Assembly: GCA_000320545.1 (NCBI GenBank)
Contig: ADNK01003288.1
Location: 26,835-90,834, forward strand
Reading direction: 5' to 3'
From: Bigelowiella natans CCMP2755
Lineage: Eukaryota > Protista > Cercozoa
Length of the DNA stretch: 64,000 bases
The notes below the pieces were generated by a model that saw only the letters and a program-made list of their open reading frames with translations, was not told where the DNA came from and did no database searches. The position numbers and the translations under genes are program-made. Of the stretch, positions 1 to 13,336 are shown one piece after another. Numbering within the stretch: position 1 is the stretch's first letter; every line of letters begins with the position of its first letter.

Positions 1-142
1 CACTCTTCTGTGTGAATTATTTGCATAAAAATACAACCTGGAAATAGTATTCTCCCTCTCCAAGAAGAAGAAGGGAAAAACGTCTTACGACCTATTATAA
101 GATGGAAAATTTCAACAAGAAGAGAAAAGAAAGCCTTTTACA

Positions 143-186
<44 letters not shown>

Positions 187-240
187 AATACATACATCTG
201 GTGAGAAAACAACTACGACTCTTATGCACGGCGGGTAATG

Positions 241-244
<4 letters not shown>

Positions 245-308
<64 letters not shown>
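245..308. repeat. (AG)n microsatellite; (CA)n at ~139-183. Representative of dozens of SSRs in the window
   Basis: Directly visible perfect dinucleotide runs. Confidence 0.95.
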
Positions 309-313
<5 letters not shown>

Positions 314-319
314 AAATAG

Positions 320-601
320 GACCCACTCAGTGGATACAAAGTTTCATCATCATTAAAGCAACCTTCTTCGAGATCATCGTCAGGAGCTTCCTTGATGATG
401 CGCTCCGAGCACACAATAGGGCAAAGAGTTTCTTTTTAGACAGAAGTAAAGAAATTAGAAAATCAACACCACCAACATTAGCTGCAGGAGTGATTTCTAG
501 CTGAAGGGATGTTGTTTGGTTAAGCTTCGGATTGACGCCGTGCTTACCTGTATGCTTGAAGGAGCAAACAGATACGGGTGGAATTTTGTCAGACTTAATC
601 C
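320..601 (-). CDS. Possible exons of a minus-strand gene running off the left edge, product unknown
   Basis: Strong donor (CAG|GTAAGC) at ~547 and a protein-like frame ETLCPIVCSERIIKEAPDDDLEEGCFNDDETLYPLSG ending at a GT near 321. No recognisable domain. Confidence 0.3.
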
Positions 602-924
602 TGCAACCGACTGTGCTCTAAACACGGCTATCAATGCTCGAGACACGCAAATCAGCCTGATATTTAATAAATAGACTGTGTTTTGGTATATCATGTTGTC
701 GTGGAAGCTCTGGTTATCTTGAAGCGTGACAATGGAATGTAGTGGAAGAGATTGCACAATTAAGACATGAATATTTTCATGTCGTATGTGACAAATCATC
801 TGCTTTTTATGTCTAAATTACTTAAGGTTGAAATTCCTTCACCCGTCGCCTGTATTGCAGCATCTGGGGCTTGTGCGCCAGGTGTAAGGGGGAGAGGGTC
901 AAGAACTGGCAACAAAGAAAGACA

Positions 925-2322
925 ATGATAGCAGCTTGCAAGGATGGTAATATTGAAAGAGTCAAAAAGCTTCTTCTTCTGCAGAAGGATGGAGGAGCTG
1001 CTATCAATGAAATCGTCGATGATCTTGGCCAGACTGGACTCATATGGGCTGTACGAAAAGGTACTACAGTATTTATTTACTAGCACCCACAAGTATGTAA
1101 CTTGAAACATGAGGAGGTTTAAGTTGATTAGTCTAAAATTTAAAAAAACGCTTAGGGCACATAAAAATTGTCGAGCTTCTATGTGAATCGAATGCCGACG
1201 TAAACTTATCATCCCAAGCTGGATCGCCTCTCGAAATCGCCGAGGAGGAAGGCTACCAACAAATATCACAGATTCTTCACGATGCAGGAGCGGTAAATGT
1301 GGGATGGGGGCACATTGATGATGATGGAGAGGAGGAGGAGGAGGAGGAGGAGGAGGAGGAGGAGGAGGAGTACGATGGACACAACGGGAAAGAGGCATAT
1401 ACTACATTGGGTGGCCAAAACCCATCTCTGGAGAAGAAAAGGAAAGAGATTCACCAATGGAGCATAACAGGAGACAATAAAGAAAATAACGACGATAATA
1501 ATACTGATACAAAGAGAGAAAAATATTATTCATCCTACTCGATAGAGACAAACTTCCAAGGGAAAGAGGGCACCGAGAGGTGTGATACATTTACACCACT
1601 ACTTCTACTAATACGTGCTGATGAATCAATCAATAAACTGTGCTCAGTGCTGCTGCATATATCCCAACCGCAAATCGCATTCTGAATTATTTTTATTAAA
1701 GATGAAGATGATTGGAAATTCATGCATGATTGAGTAATTTGAAGTTCTTGAGGCAAAAAGTTATACTAGCGCATTTTTATGAATGCCTTAGTTGGTTATT
1801 ATCAACACCAGTATATGACAAAAATCAATAACAATATGATTCTGATATTTACCAGGAAACGAAACTCCCCTTCCTCTGTTTTCAATGGTAACTATAGCGA
1901 CAACAACCTGAAGAGAATAGAAGAGAACTATTACAGTATTCGCAAGAAATATCATAACGTGCATCCTTTTGACGTTATACCAGTGAATCGCTTTTTTAGC
2001 TGTGCTACGTGTGGTAGTAGTAGTAGTAGTAGTAGCAAGTGCCATTGGGCCGCTCAATGTTGTCCAAAGTGTAAAGCTACGGTATACTGTAATGAGAAAT
2101 GTCGTCTTCGCGACATGGCTCGACACCGAAGCTTTTGTGAGAGGATTCACGACCAACTTAAAAAAACGCAGGAACTTGCAAAGCCTCTACAAGATGAATA
2201 CTACTTTGAGTCAAAAGTCGGCCATTTTTGGGGACTCTGTGAGCCGCGTGATTACTGCCGCGCACGTGCATCGTTAGTGTGGAGGTTACAGGAGTTTGGT
2301 CGAGCTTGCCACAACAGTCGTG

Positions 2323-2357
<35 letters not shown>

Positions 2358-3293
2358 CTAGCGTTGGAGCTTGCTATGGGTCACATCTACGATCTACTCA
2401 CTCTCAGCTCAGATGACAACCAAGGGATGCGTACAGTGGCACCCTCGCAGCTACTGGAACTTAATCGGGTGCAAGAAGCATATCATTTCATTAAGTGTTG
2501 GGTCGCAGCACGGAGAAACGTTGACTTCTATGATGAATCAGCTCCTCACCTCAAGATCATCGATGCAAACCCAACAGAGGAACTGACAACACTTGGGTTG
2601 TCTGAGTACATGATTTACACCACCGCACATACTCATTTGGATTTGGCCTTGATTAAACACGTTACGGCTAGAAGAATCGAGATTTTAGTTGATGTTCTGC
2701 ATACGATTTTCGTTCCTACTTTACCTTTTGTTGAGCTTGTACTGCAATACTGGATGTCTCCTTCGATTACGTTGCTATCGTCAGTGCCAGATCAGGGCAA
2801 TGTGAGCAGCAGCACCAACAACAACAAAAATGGTAGTATTATGGTCGCAACTAGGGTGATTTCTCATTTCGAGGAGCTTTTACGACGTGTTCACTCGCAA
2901 AACCCCATCGTAATACCCGCAATGCTGAATGGCAGCATTACAGCAACTGATACTAACAACCCAAACTATGAGGAAGCAAGACATATTTTTCAAACATCGT
3001 ATGCGTCATGGCGCTACTGCGAGCCTGATAACTCCGACAATCGGGGCGCTCTTCAAGCTCTTCATTCTACTGCAATAAAAAACAGAATAATCCGTTCAAA
3101 CCAGAGCCTTCAGTTACCTGCGACAAGTATCTTTGCACCACCACCACTACCACCACCATCGTCATCATCACTTGCTCAAGGAGTAAGTAGTGATGAAAAG
3201 AAAGGTGACAATGATTATATCAGCGGCAAGCGGGTGGTGGGAACTGGGTCGGCTCATTGGCAAGCAATGGCTGGAAATGGTGTCGGCTGGTGA
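925..3293 (+). CDS. Ankyrin-repeat + MYND zinc-finger protein; exons ~925-1060, 1156-1579, 1856-3293
   Basis: Spliced ankyrin repeats (IAACKDGNIERVKKLL; GQTGLIWAVRK|GHIKIVELL; GSPLEIAEEEGYQQISQIL). MYND finger CATC...CPKCKATVYCNEKCRLRDMARHRSFC, then HFWGLCEPRDYCRAR and DDNQGMR motifs. Both GT-AG introns preserve frame. Confidence 0.75.
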
Positions 3294-3403
3294 TATTATT
3301 ACCGAAAAGTACTAGAGTAGCTCGACAACAATAAATTGTGCGGAATTGCTATCATGAAACAAATCTGGTTGCAAACCTAAAATGTAGCCTTCTCCCTCTC
3401 TCC

Positions 3404-3446
<43 letters not shown>

Positions 3447-3479
3447 CACACACGCACACACTGCATGGGTACATATATA

Positions 3480-4460
3480 CCGTGCTAGCATGTGAAATGG
3501 TTATTCACATCGAGTGATACATGCTCTAAACGATGCCATTGGTGCCCGTCAATTATTCAAGTATTACACAATAATGTGTTCAATCTAGTCTGTGACATAT
3601 GTTGGTGTCTACTGGCTAGTTGCTACTTATGGCGTTTCTGGATGTGTAGCACATCAGATAACTTATCTAGTCATTATCATTACGCTAAGTCTTCTATTGT
3701 GTGCTATCTCTGGATTCTAGCTATGAGACGAAAGCAATTCAATGGTCATCCTAATGCTGCTAGACTAACATGCTATGCTATATTGCATCTAGAAATATCT
3801 GGCCGATTTATAAGATCTAGAGATATCTAGCTAGCTATAGATATCTGGATATGATATGTCGATATCAACAAATTTTCATGCTAGCATGCTAGCGCAAGCA
3901 TGCAGCATGCTAGCATATCTAGATGTGTCTAGTGTGTGTAGGTGTCACTAATTAGCACTAGAGCATCCTACACATGCTAGCATGGCTAATAATAAATGAG
4001 TAGCTACGCTAGTAGGTCTAGAGGTAGCTAGGTAGGTAGGTGGAGCGATACGCATTCGTCAACATTTCTAGATGTTACCTGCTACTACTTGAAATCGCCA
4101 GATGTCACACAGAGCGGGCATTGTAGTTCGCTAAGAGCATGCTAGCATGCTACAAGCTAGCAAGCTTATCTAGCCATACTAGCATGTCTAGATGTCTGGA
4201 TGGTATGTGTTCCAGCTCGTTATTATTATATGTAATGCCTACACATGTATGTATGACTGACTGCGCGACAGACTCATCTAATCATTCTAGCATTGTCAAG
4301 TCTAGAAATGGTATCGAGTGTGATATCTTTAATCTAGTACAGCAAATTCGATCGTAGCATAATAATTTGCTGCCGAAGCTATACGCTGATGCACACGCAG
4401 GACTAGCTAGAAGCAGCACCGCGAGGCATTAGTAAATAAAATCCAGCATCTAGCTGATAC
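3480..4460. other. CTAG island 1 (convergent gap)
   Basis: Dense CTAG/CATG/AGCT; CATGCTAGCATG at 3877, 3973 and 4138; no credible ORF. Confidence 0.8.
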
Positions 4461-4903
4461 AAAACGCCCTCAGCTAATAATGTTTACCAGGATCAGGATA
4501 CATACACGTTGATAACCACATCGAGGAAAACTCGATCTTGGTATTTGTATGCAGAGATTTGCGAAAGCAGGACTCATTTCTGTCCTACTCTACATATTTT
4601 CAAAATAATAGTCACCGTCTTATTCTCATAACTATCAGAAATTATCATCGATGGTTATATCTAGTCCACAGGTAATTTGTCAAAATGGTCTACTACGACG
4701 TCAACACTATGCTGCTGTACATTTCCGAAACGATGCAGGTGGTGATGGGAATCCACCTTCTATACATTAAAATCACACCAGGAAATAAATATGATACATC
4801 TTATGATGTCAAAAACGTGTAGATATTTAACATGTTCTGCGCAAGTTTTTGACTTTTGATTTGCTACTTCCTTAATCATATGCCATTAGCACTATACTAG
4901 CTG

Positions 4904-4933
4904 TTATACCTTCTCTTCTTCTTCTCGAATTTC

Positions 4934-4968
<35 letters not shown>

Positions 4969-5119
4969 TTGAGGACTTGGAACCCACTGCATTCATCTGA
5001 AGATGGTTTTCATCATCACCCTCTCCACCCCTCTCCCCGAGACGTTGTTGCTGCTCAAGATGTTCAGTTTCAGCAATTATCCGATTGAGATATCGTTTCG
5101 CATACCTTAGCGTAATACG

Positions 5120-5152
<33 letters not shown>

Positions 5153-5803
5153 GTTGTAGCAGTAGTAGTAGTAGTAGTAGTTGTAGCAAAGTCACATCAA
5201 TGACTACATATCGGTTGTAATTCAAACAAGCTACTGGAGATAATAAGATACAGTGGAACTCCTCATATACAGCTGCTGTCTATCCCCTCCTCTCCTCTGT
5301 TGTTGTTATTTTTCTACTACTACTACTACTACTACCACGAAAGTGCCACAACAGCACAAACAGTGAAGAAACCACCGATGATAAACACCAAGATTTGGAC
5401 TAAGCCGGTGCTACTATCACTCGCCCCACTACCCTGCCGTAAACAACACCAACACTTTCAGGAGAAGACAGATAACGATTTCTAACACCTATCACCTATC
5501 ACATTCACCTATCATCATCACCTATCATCATCATCTATTATCATCATCATCATCATCATCATCATCTTCGTCGCCTAATAGCCCATCACCTCATCACCAT
5601 CATCTTCGTTGCCTAATAGCCCAGAAGCAGAAGTTCCGATGAAAACGAAGGCCACTAATGCAGTAGGTACCACCAATTTAGTGCATCATCATCATTATCA
5701 TCGTCATTATCGTCATCATCATCATCATCATCGTCATCATCATCATCATCACTACTCAAGACTCAACATCACAGATTAGAATAGATCAAATGTTGTTGCT
5801 GAC

Positions 5804-5840
<37 letters not shown>

Positions 5841-6078
5841 AAGCATGTCTTCCACCACAGTATAACGAATATACTACTACTTCACCAGCAGCAGCAGTAT
5901 CATCACCTGTCCCCGGAGTAATTCCTGTGAGAGTGATGACGTATGTTCTTAGTGCCACCGTTGTAAGACCCAAGACGTAATTAAGTGCCGTGAATGGGAT
6001 CACAGGAGATAATCTCAGTAAAAACATCACTTTGAGCCCCTCCATTTCGATCGCACGATTCACAGATTTCATCACCTT

Positions 6079-6109
<31 letters not shown>

Positions 6110-6339
6110 GAATAATAATAATAGAATGTTGATAATTAATAATATCGATGCTTTAGTTACCCAAAATTGAGCATATCTTATCTTACAAGCAAACGTTCTA
6201 TCAATCATTTATTCAGCTCACCGAGTAACGATTCATTAGCGCCTGTGCTTGTTCGTATAATACATAACGCCCTGATGGTGACAGCAAATCATATTAGAAA
6301 GACATATATGTAAAGATATCTATCTATATATGTATATAC

Positions 6340-6374
<35 letters not shown>

Positions 6375-6478
6375 AAGAAGAGATCCTCTCACTATCAACC
6401 ATTATATGAACGTTGAAAAAATATAACAGTAGTCCTTTCTACTATCTAAGTTTGTCTGCATGCTGTCCACACACACAT

Positions 6479-6544
<66 letters not shown>

Positions 6545-7122
6545 GTGTGTATAACCGAGGAGAAAGGACAAAATTGCCCCTAACGAGGCACCGATTAGTA
6601 CACTGATGGATCCCAGGAGAATACCAAGACCCAAACCTACTGCACGTCCAAATACGAAGCCAGCGCCAAGAGTCAAAATCGAGCCAGGAATGAATAAAAC
6701 CGTTGTGATCATGTAGACGCCTGCAAATGCGAACACTCCCTCCACTGGGTTCTCACGAACCCATCTCAGAAAACTGATCAAGATTCCATTTATATTTCCT
6801 TGACCTGATGAAGATTATTTATTGATGATGCAGAAACAACAAACACATGATAAGACTACTTCAGGTTCATGTGATGTTTTTTCATCGACATACAACCCGT
6901 AGAACAATTCATAATTATAACACCTGCAACTGTGAAGTCAATAATTACGAACACGATGACTCCTAGCATGATCACAACGATGGCAATTTTGAGAACTTTC
7001 TCCCACATCGGCATTGGAGAATCATCCGTTGCTGAGCTTCCGCTAGAGATAAGCGTCGTTCCGACTGCTGCGGGGTCGTTGTTTGGACGCCGAGACAGAG
7101 CCATAGGAGATGAAGAAGGCAT
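4904..7122 (-). CDS. TVP38/TMEM64 (SNARE-associated/VTT domain) membrane protein, multi-exon
   Basis: Exons encode TVLFIPGSILTLGAGFVFG, GASLGAILSFLLG|RY and LLRLSPVIPFTALNYVLGLT. Last exon YAKRYLNRII...EEKV ends in TAA at 4904. Confidence 0.88.
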
Positions 7123-7584
7123 GATGTATTATCACACCTTCTTCTTCTTCTTCTTCCTTGCTTCCTTGCTTCCTTGGCCTCTTCCCTTTGCTGCCTCAAG
7201 CTACCGTCGGCTTCGCAGTACTTGTAGCCGAATTATTAAAAGCATATCTATCCCTTGTCGCACTATAAAAACCCCGATCCAAAGCGCATTCATACCTTGT
7301 CGCAATCTGGAATTACAAACCACCACGTCGCCGTCACTCTTCCGACCGGACGCTAGACGATTGTTCATCTGGGCCCCCATTCGCTACTGCGACATAGGAT
7401 TCCTACATGCAGGAAACAATTTTACGCATGTTGATGAAAAGAATTATCATCATCCTATGTTGAGACGATGTTTCTTCGATATAAAATATCATCGAAGTTG
7501 ATCAAACCTTCATCGTGGACGTATCTCTACGACCTACTGTAACAAAAGAATGATTCGTATGTTTTTTATGGATATTCTTCCGAC

Positions 7585-7620
<36 letters not shown>

Positions 7621-7831
7621 TGAGTAGTGAGTAAATAACACCAGAGAAGACAAGACACAAGACAGACAGACACGCGATGATGGTGTGTGTGTGTGTGTGT
7701 CACCACCACCTGTGCACCACCACCACCTACTCGAACGACTCAGAAGAGAACAACCTAGAAAACGATAGCCCTCTCACAGGCAGATCCTACCTCTAAAGGA
7801 GCACTGCAAATAGACAACGACAACAAACACT

Positions 7832-8424
7832 ATGGGGGCTTGGGCGTGTTGCTTCACGGAGAATGGGGATTTGTTATTTTCAGGTGTATTGCTCCTCGCC
7901 CTTCTCCATCCTCCTCTCACTCAACCCTTCTGTTTCCATCCGTGTGCGTTTTAGGTTGGCGTCAACGTTTAATAGATGAAGAAGAGGAAAATGGTTACGA
8001 AGAAGAAGAGGCAGTAGCAGCAGACCGAGAGCAACTAAGAAGAAGATGCATCGCAGCTAGTAGTTCGGGTACTGTCATACCTAGTAGTATTTTGGCTAGT
8101 GTCGTCAATTATCGACGATGAGAGTGTAGTAGCAGTTTGAATAGTGATAGTAGCGGCAGTGGTGTAAATAAAGGTCGCAACAACTTCATGCCATCACTAC
8201 CTATTTGGTGCCGTATGCATATGTATAATAATGCACACATACACGTGAGATTATCTGTTGTTTGCAGTGAAACATACACATGTGTGATTATCTGTTGTTT
8301 GCAGTGAAGTCCAGAATGAAAAATGCGCCATCACCTTCTATATCTACGTCTTCTTCTGTTATCGAATATCACCATTTACAAAGGTAATGGTACTAGAAGG
8401 GCATTCTCATATTCTCCCCCTCCC

Positions 8425-8476
<52 letters not shown>

Positions 8477-9113
8477 AACACCTAAACATAGCTTGTTCCT
8501 CAGGATTATTGATAACGCTTGTTCTTCATCTGGGACAACAAGAGTAAGAACTAACAGTTCCAACGAGATAGTAGTACCCACAGATCTTGATGGTAAGGTT
8601 AAGGCACCACGACGACTGCGTATCTTATGTCTTCACGGTGCAGCTTCGAATTCAAAGGTGTGTGTGTGTGGGGGGGGGGGGGGGGTACTTCGTGACTGAT
8701 TGTTACGACGATGGTGATGATAAATACGATGATGATGAGAAATCAAACCGACATCCAACCTTCTTGTTCTGCATTATCATCATCATCATCAGATTTTGGC
8801 TTTTTCCTTAAGGCATTTGGAGGCAAAGATTAAGTAAATAGCTGATAAATAACTATTCCTTTCTGTAGTAGTATCATTCTGCCTATGGCATTTTTCTCAC
8901 ATAATACTGTTATTTTAATTAAAATGCTTAATAGTGTACCCCCTTTTCACATAGGGAAATATCATCATCGTCGTTGTCATCATCACCATCATCTATTGAG
9001 TTTGTGATGCTTGATTCTCCTTTGGAGCTTAGCAGGAAACAAGTGCAATTATGGGTTAGTAGTAGTGTGATCATCATTGTCATCTTCGTTCTCATCGTTC
9101 TCATCGCACGCAA

Positions 9114-9152
<39 letters not shown>

Positions 9153-9169
9153 TCAACAATGGCAAGTAT

Positions 9170-9221
<52 letters not shown>

Positions 9222-9633
9222 AGTAGCAGAGAATACGAGTTCATTCATCATACTGTCGCTAGAATTACTACCAATATACTGCTGCTGCTGCTGCTACTGA
9301 TAGGGAGACCCTGATATTCTGAAGATGTTTGGAAATAATGGAGACCTAAAGTATTTCTTGGTAATGTATTTCTTTTACTACTACTACCACTATGCCATTA
9401 TAATCTCGAAAGTATCGTCATCATTATATTTTATGTTATTATTATCATTTTGCTGAGTAAGTTTATTATGTCGAAGAAGTACTAAGACAACGCTTGCAAT
9501 ATCCAACAACAACAACAAGAAGAACAACAACAATGCTTTCACTGTTGATTAATATATGTCTAAATTATCATTGGTGGTTTCGTATCATCATCATCATCAT
9601 CATCATCATCATCGTGATCATTTACAACTAACG

Positions 9634-9668
<35 letters not shown>

Positions 9669-10951
9669 CAGTGGTACAAACATCAACTTTACCAACGTAT
9701 GGCGCCCTCCCAAAAGCAAAAAGAAGGAGGAGGAGGAGGAGGAGGAGAGAAGAAGGAGGACAAGAAAAGCAAGGAAACAAAAGCAAGGACTCGCATAATC
9801 AACCTACCGACAAAATTATGGCATCGGGTGATAAATGATAGTGAGTGTTTGTTCTCGTGTGTGAAGAATAGTTTTGAGCTGCTATGTTTGCTGCTCATGC
9901 TTGCTACTACACATAACTAACGAAAATATAGCATTATTTACTGATGTTTACTGCAAATTACTAACGAAAATATAGCATTGTTATTCACTGATATTACAAA
10001 TGCTACCTTTCCTTCTTCTTTATCTTGTTGTTCTTCTTCTCATTGTTTTTCTTATTTCACTACTACTACTGCTACTACTACTTCTTCTACTACTACCAAA
10101 GGGAACACATCTCGCAGGACTTGAAAAGTCACTGAAACACATCTCTGCATTCTATCACGAGAAAGGGCCGTTTGATGGCATCTTAGGGTAATTCTTAACA
10201 AGCAAAAGACGACACACAGAGAGAAAAATAAGAGTAATAAGATTAAATAAAAAATAGTAAATGATGAATAAAAGGATACTGCCCACCATTTGACGATGAT
10301 GACTTACATACATACATATATTCTCATCGCCATTTGACGATGATGACTTACATACATACATACATATATACTCATCACCGCTAAAAGGGTAGTAAAGTTA
10401 TAACAGCACAATACGTACGTTTTCTTCTAGATTCTCTCAAGGCGGTGCTACAGCAGCTCTACTAGCTGGTAATTGCACTAATAGTGATACTACTAGTAAT
10501 AGTAGTTGTAGTAGGTTCGTGTGATTAAGTTGGACTGCACGTCATCATCTGATTTCTATCTATGTTGATGTGTCGTTGCTGTTATTGCTGCCTTCGTATG
10601 CGTCGTTGTTGTTTGTTCTGCTGATTATTTGTCTTCTATTCATTTATCAGCGTTAAAGCCTAGATGGTTCAACTTCGTTGTCAGTATTGCAGGCTTTGTA
10701 TCACCACCGATAAATGTACGATCATCATCACTATCATCGTTATCATCAAGATCATCATCATCATCATCATCATCATCATTGATATATCTATTATTACCAT
10801 CCCAGGCTTTGTACAAGACAATAAATCAACACGAAGAAGAAGGAGTAGGAGAAATAGAAGGAGGGTGCTCGTTACTACCACCTTTATTGCAAGTACACGG
10901 TAGCGGCACTTGATCTTTAATTTATGGTTGATACTACTGCTACTACTACTG

Positions 10952-10982
<31 letters not shown>

Positions 10983-11100
10983 ACCTACTACTTGTGGATG
11001 AGGATGATGATGATGATGATGATGATGATACGACCAAGACGAAGTTTGCTTGCATCGAAATCAAATCGTAGCAATAAATCTAACATCATACATCATGCGT

Positions 11101-11136
<36 letters not shown>

Positions 11137-11752
11137 ATATATTGCACGAATATGTATAATTCATTGATTGATGATTGTACAAGGAAAATTGGACGAAACA
11201 GTCACGTTGAGTGATGGCAAAAAGGTAAGTAGCACTGCAAATATGATTAGCATGTAAGGCTAGAATTTAGAATTTATATATATATTCTTGTCCAGACTCG
11301 ATATTTATTATTATTACTACTCAACTGCTGTAATTACCAATCTTACGATTATTGCCACCGTAATCAACTTGCTTGTTATCCGCTTTTCATGATCGTATTC
11401 ATAAGATTGGGTAATATCATATGTGTATTATTATTATTATTATTATCACTATTATTTGTGCTACTACTTTCACTGTAATTATCATTATTATTTGTGCTAC
11501 TACTATCATTGTTATTATTCATGTATGTTACATCTATTCAGTTGTGTTCAAAGTTTGGAACTACTTCTAAGTTGTTTGTTACACCTGTTCAGTTGTGTTC
11601 AAAGTTTGGAACTACTTCTAAGATGTTTGTCCATGATGGGGCACATCATCCTCCCACGCGTAATCAGGTACTAACTACTACTACTACTACTACTACTACA
11701 ACTACCAACGACAACGATGACAACTAAGGATATTGAGCTAATATCTGAATAA
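7832..11752 (+). CDS. FSH1/OVCA2-family serine hydrolase, multi-exon; 3' end approximate
   Basis: LRILCLHGAASNS, GPFDGILG|FSQGGATAALLA (GxSxG nucleophile), GKLDETV (Asp) and HDGAHHPP (His). Exon 1 MGAWACCF splices in frame. Confidence 0.85.
11526..11627 (+). repeat. 51-bp tandem duplication spanning a 3' splice site
   Basis: tgttacatctattcagttgtgttcaaagtttggaactacttctaag is repeated with 2-3 substitutions. Confidence 0.9.
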
Positions 11753-11949
11753 CAGCAATTATTGAATACGAGCGATAGACGATAAAGGACAACCATTTAG
11801 CACAATCTAGATCATTTGCCTTTTGACTGCTCTCTACGTGGTGAATGCTAGTGTAAATGGGAAGCGTTTCAAGGCAGAAAAACTTATACATAACTTTAAT
11901 TTTAGGCGGCGGCTTTAGAATCAATCGCGAAATTCATCCTACAATTTGT

Positions 11950-12930
11950 GCCCACTGGAACTAATACTAGAGAAAATGCCGGCACAACTGCTGCTGCTAT
12001 AGCTTTAATGTAAGGCCCTGATGCACAACTTTCAGTCTCAGAGTGGAATAATACGAGTAGTATACAATACACAAACATAAATGTAGCTGCTTTAATATAA
12101 GTAGACGTATGATACTTAAATTGTGTACCATGTCTATTCGAGTGGCAAAACTGTATTTACTTATGGTACATCATAGTCTCATTGTACAGGCTAGCGTACA
12201 TCATCACATGGTATGCAGACATATAGACAAGCTATACAAGGTCAATGCGCTTACTTGTGCGACTGCATGCTCGTATCATATTGCCATGGTTATCGCCATA
12301 CTAGCTAGCATACTTCGATCGTAACAGCTATGATATGCATGGTGCTACGGCTGCTGCTGCCGCTGGTTTCAGCTAGTTCTAAGTTGGACACGTAATAGTA
12401 TAATTTAACCACGTGCAGCAGTTGTTAGTTGTTAGTTAGTACGTAGCCAGTGATGGAATTCACACTACTAGACTGTCACCGCCGCCCTCATCTAGGCCAC
12501 ATTTTGTTGCATTGCGAAATCTTAGAGAGAGCAGCTACTAGTCAGATCAATATAGAGTAATACGCGTGCATGAAACCAGGTTACATGTCTGGACAACGAT
12601 GCCTATATAAATAAGATATGCGCGTATACATGCAAAATTCCACCAGGAAATTTCTTCTGATTCCTCAATTAATGCGTCAATAAACACATGTGTACGTAGC
12701 TGCTACATGATGGCGACTAGCAGGTCATCATCAGACATCAGGTATCCCTATCCATGCTAGCATGTGTCTTACCCTGCTGGTGCGTGCTCGACATAATATG
12801 TGCGACTTATGTGCGTATATATTTTTATGTTGTTGCATGCGCAAACGGAGCGAGTTGGACGATAATGCTCACATTCAAGTATATCGTTTATATCCGATGT
12901 GATTAATGGAAGTTATAACATGGTGAGCTA
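11950..12930. other. CTAG island 2 (weak; convergent gap)
   Basis: Several CTAG/GCTAGC and CATGCTAGCATG at 12753, but many ordinary TA dinucleotides remain. Confidence 0.55.
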
Positions 12931-12949
12931 CATGTTCCTGTCAACATTG

Positions 12950-13303
12950 TCAAATGCTCGACTTATCTGAAAACGCAGCTTCAAATTCTGCTTCAGAAGC
13001 CACACCTTCCTCATTGATATCACTGAAAATTACCTTATTATTACCTTCTGTGACCTTCACCTTCGCCCTCACAGTCGTTGTAGTCGTACTGTTTGTCGAA
13101 TTATCATCATCATCATCATCATTATCATCATCATCATCATCATCATCATTTCCTTGATCATTGTGTGCTATTGGAACTTCTGTTATAAGTTCTGATGCTA
13201 CAGCTCCATTTGAGGCAGCTTTATTCCTTTTCTTCTTCTGTTTCTTCTTTTTTTCTTTACTGATAGCAAATTGTCTATCGTCATCTTCAGAGGCAACACT
13301 TTG

Positions 13304-13336
<33 letters not shown>

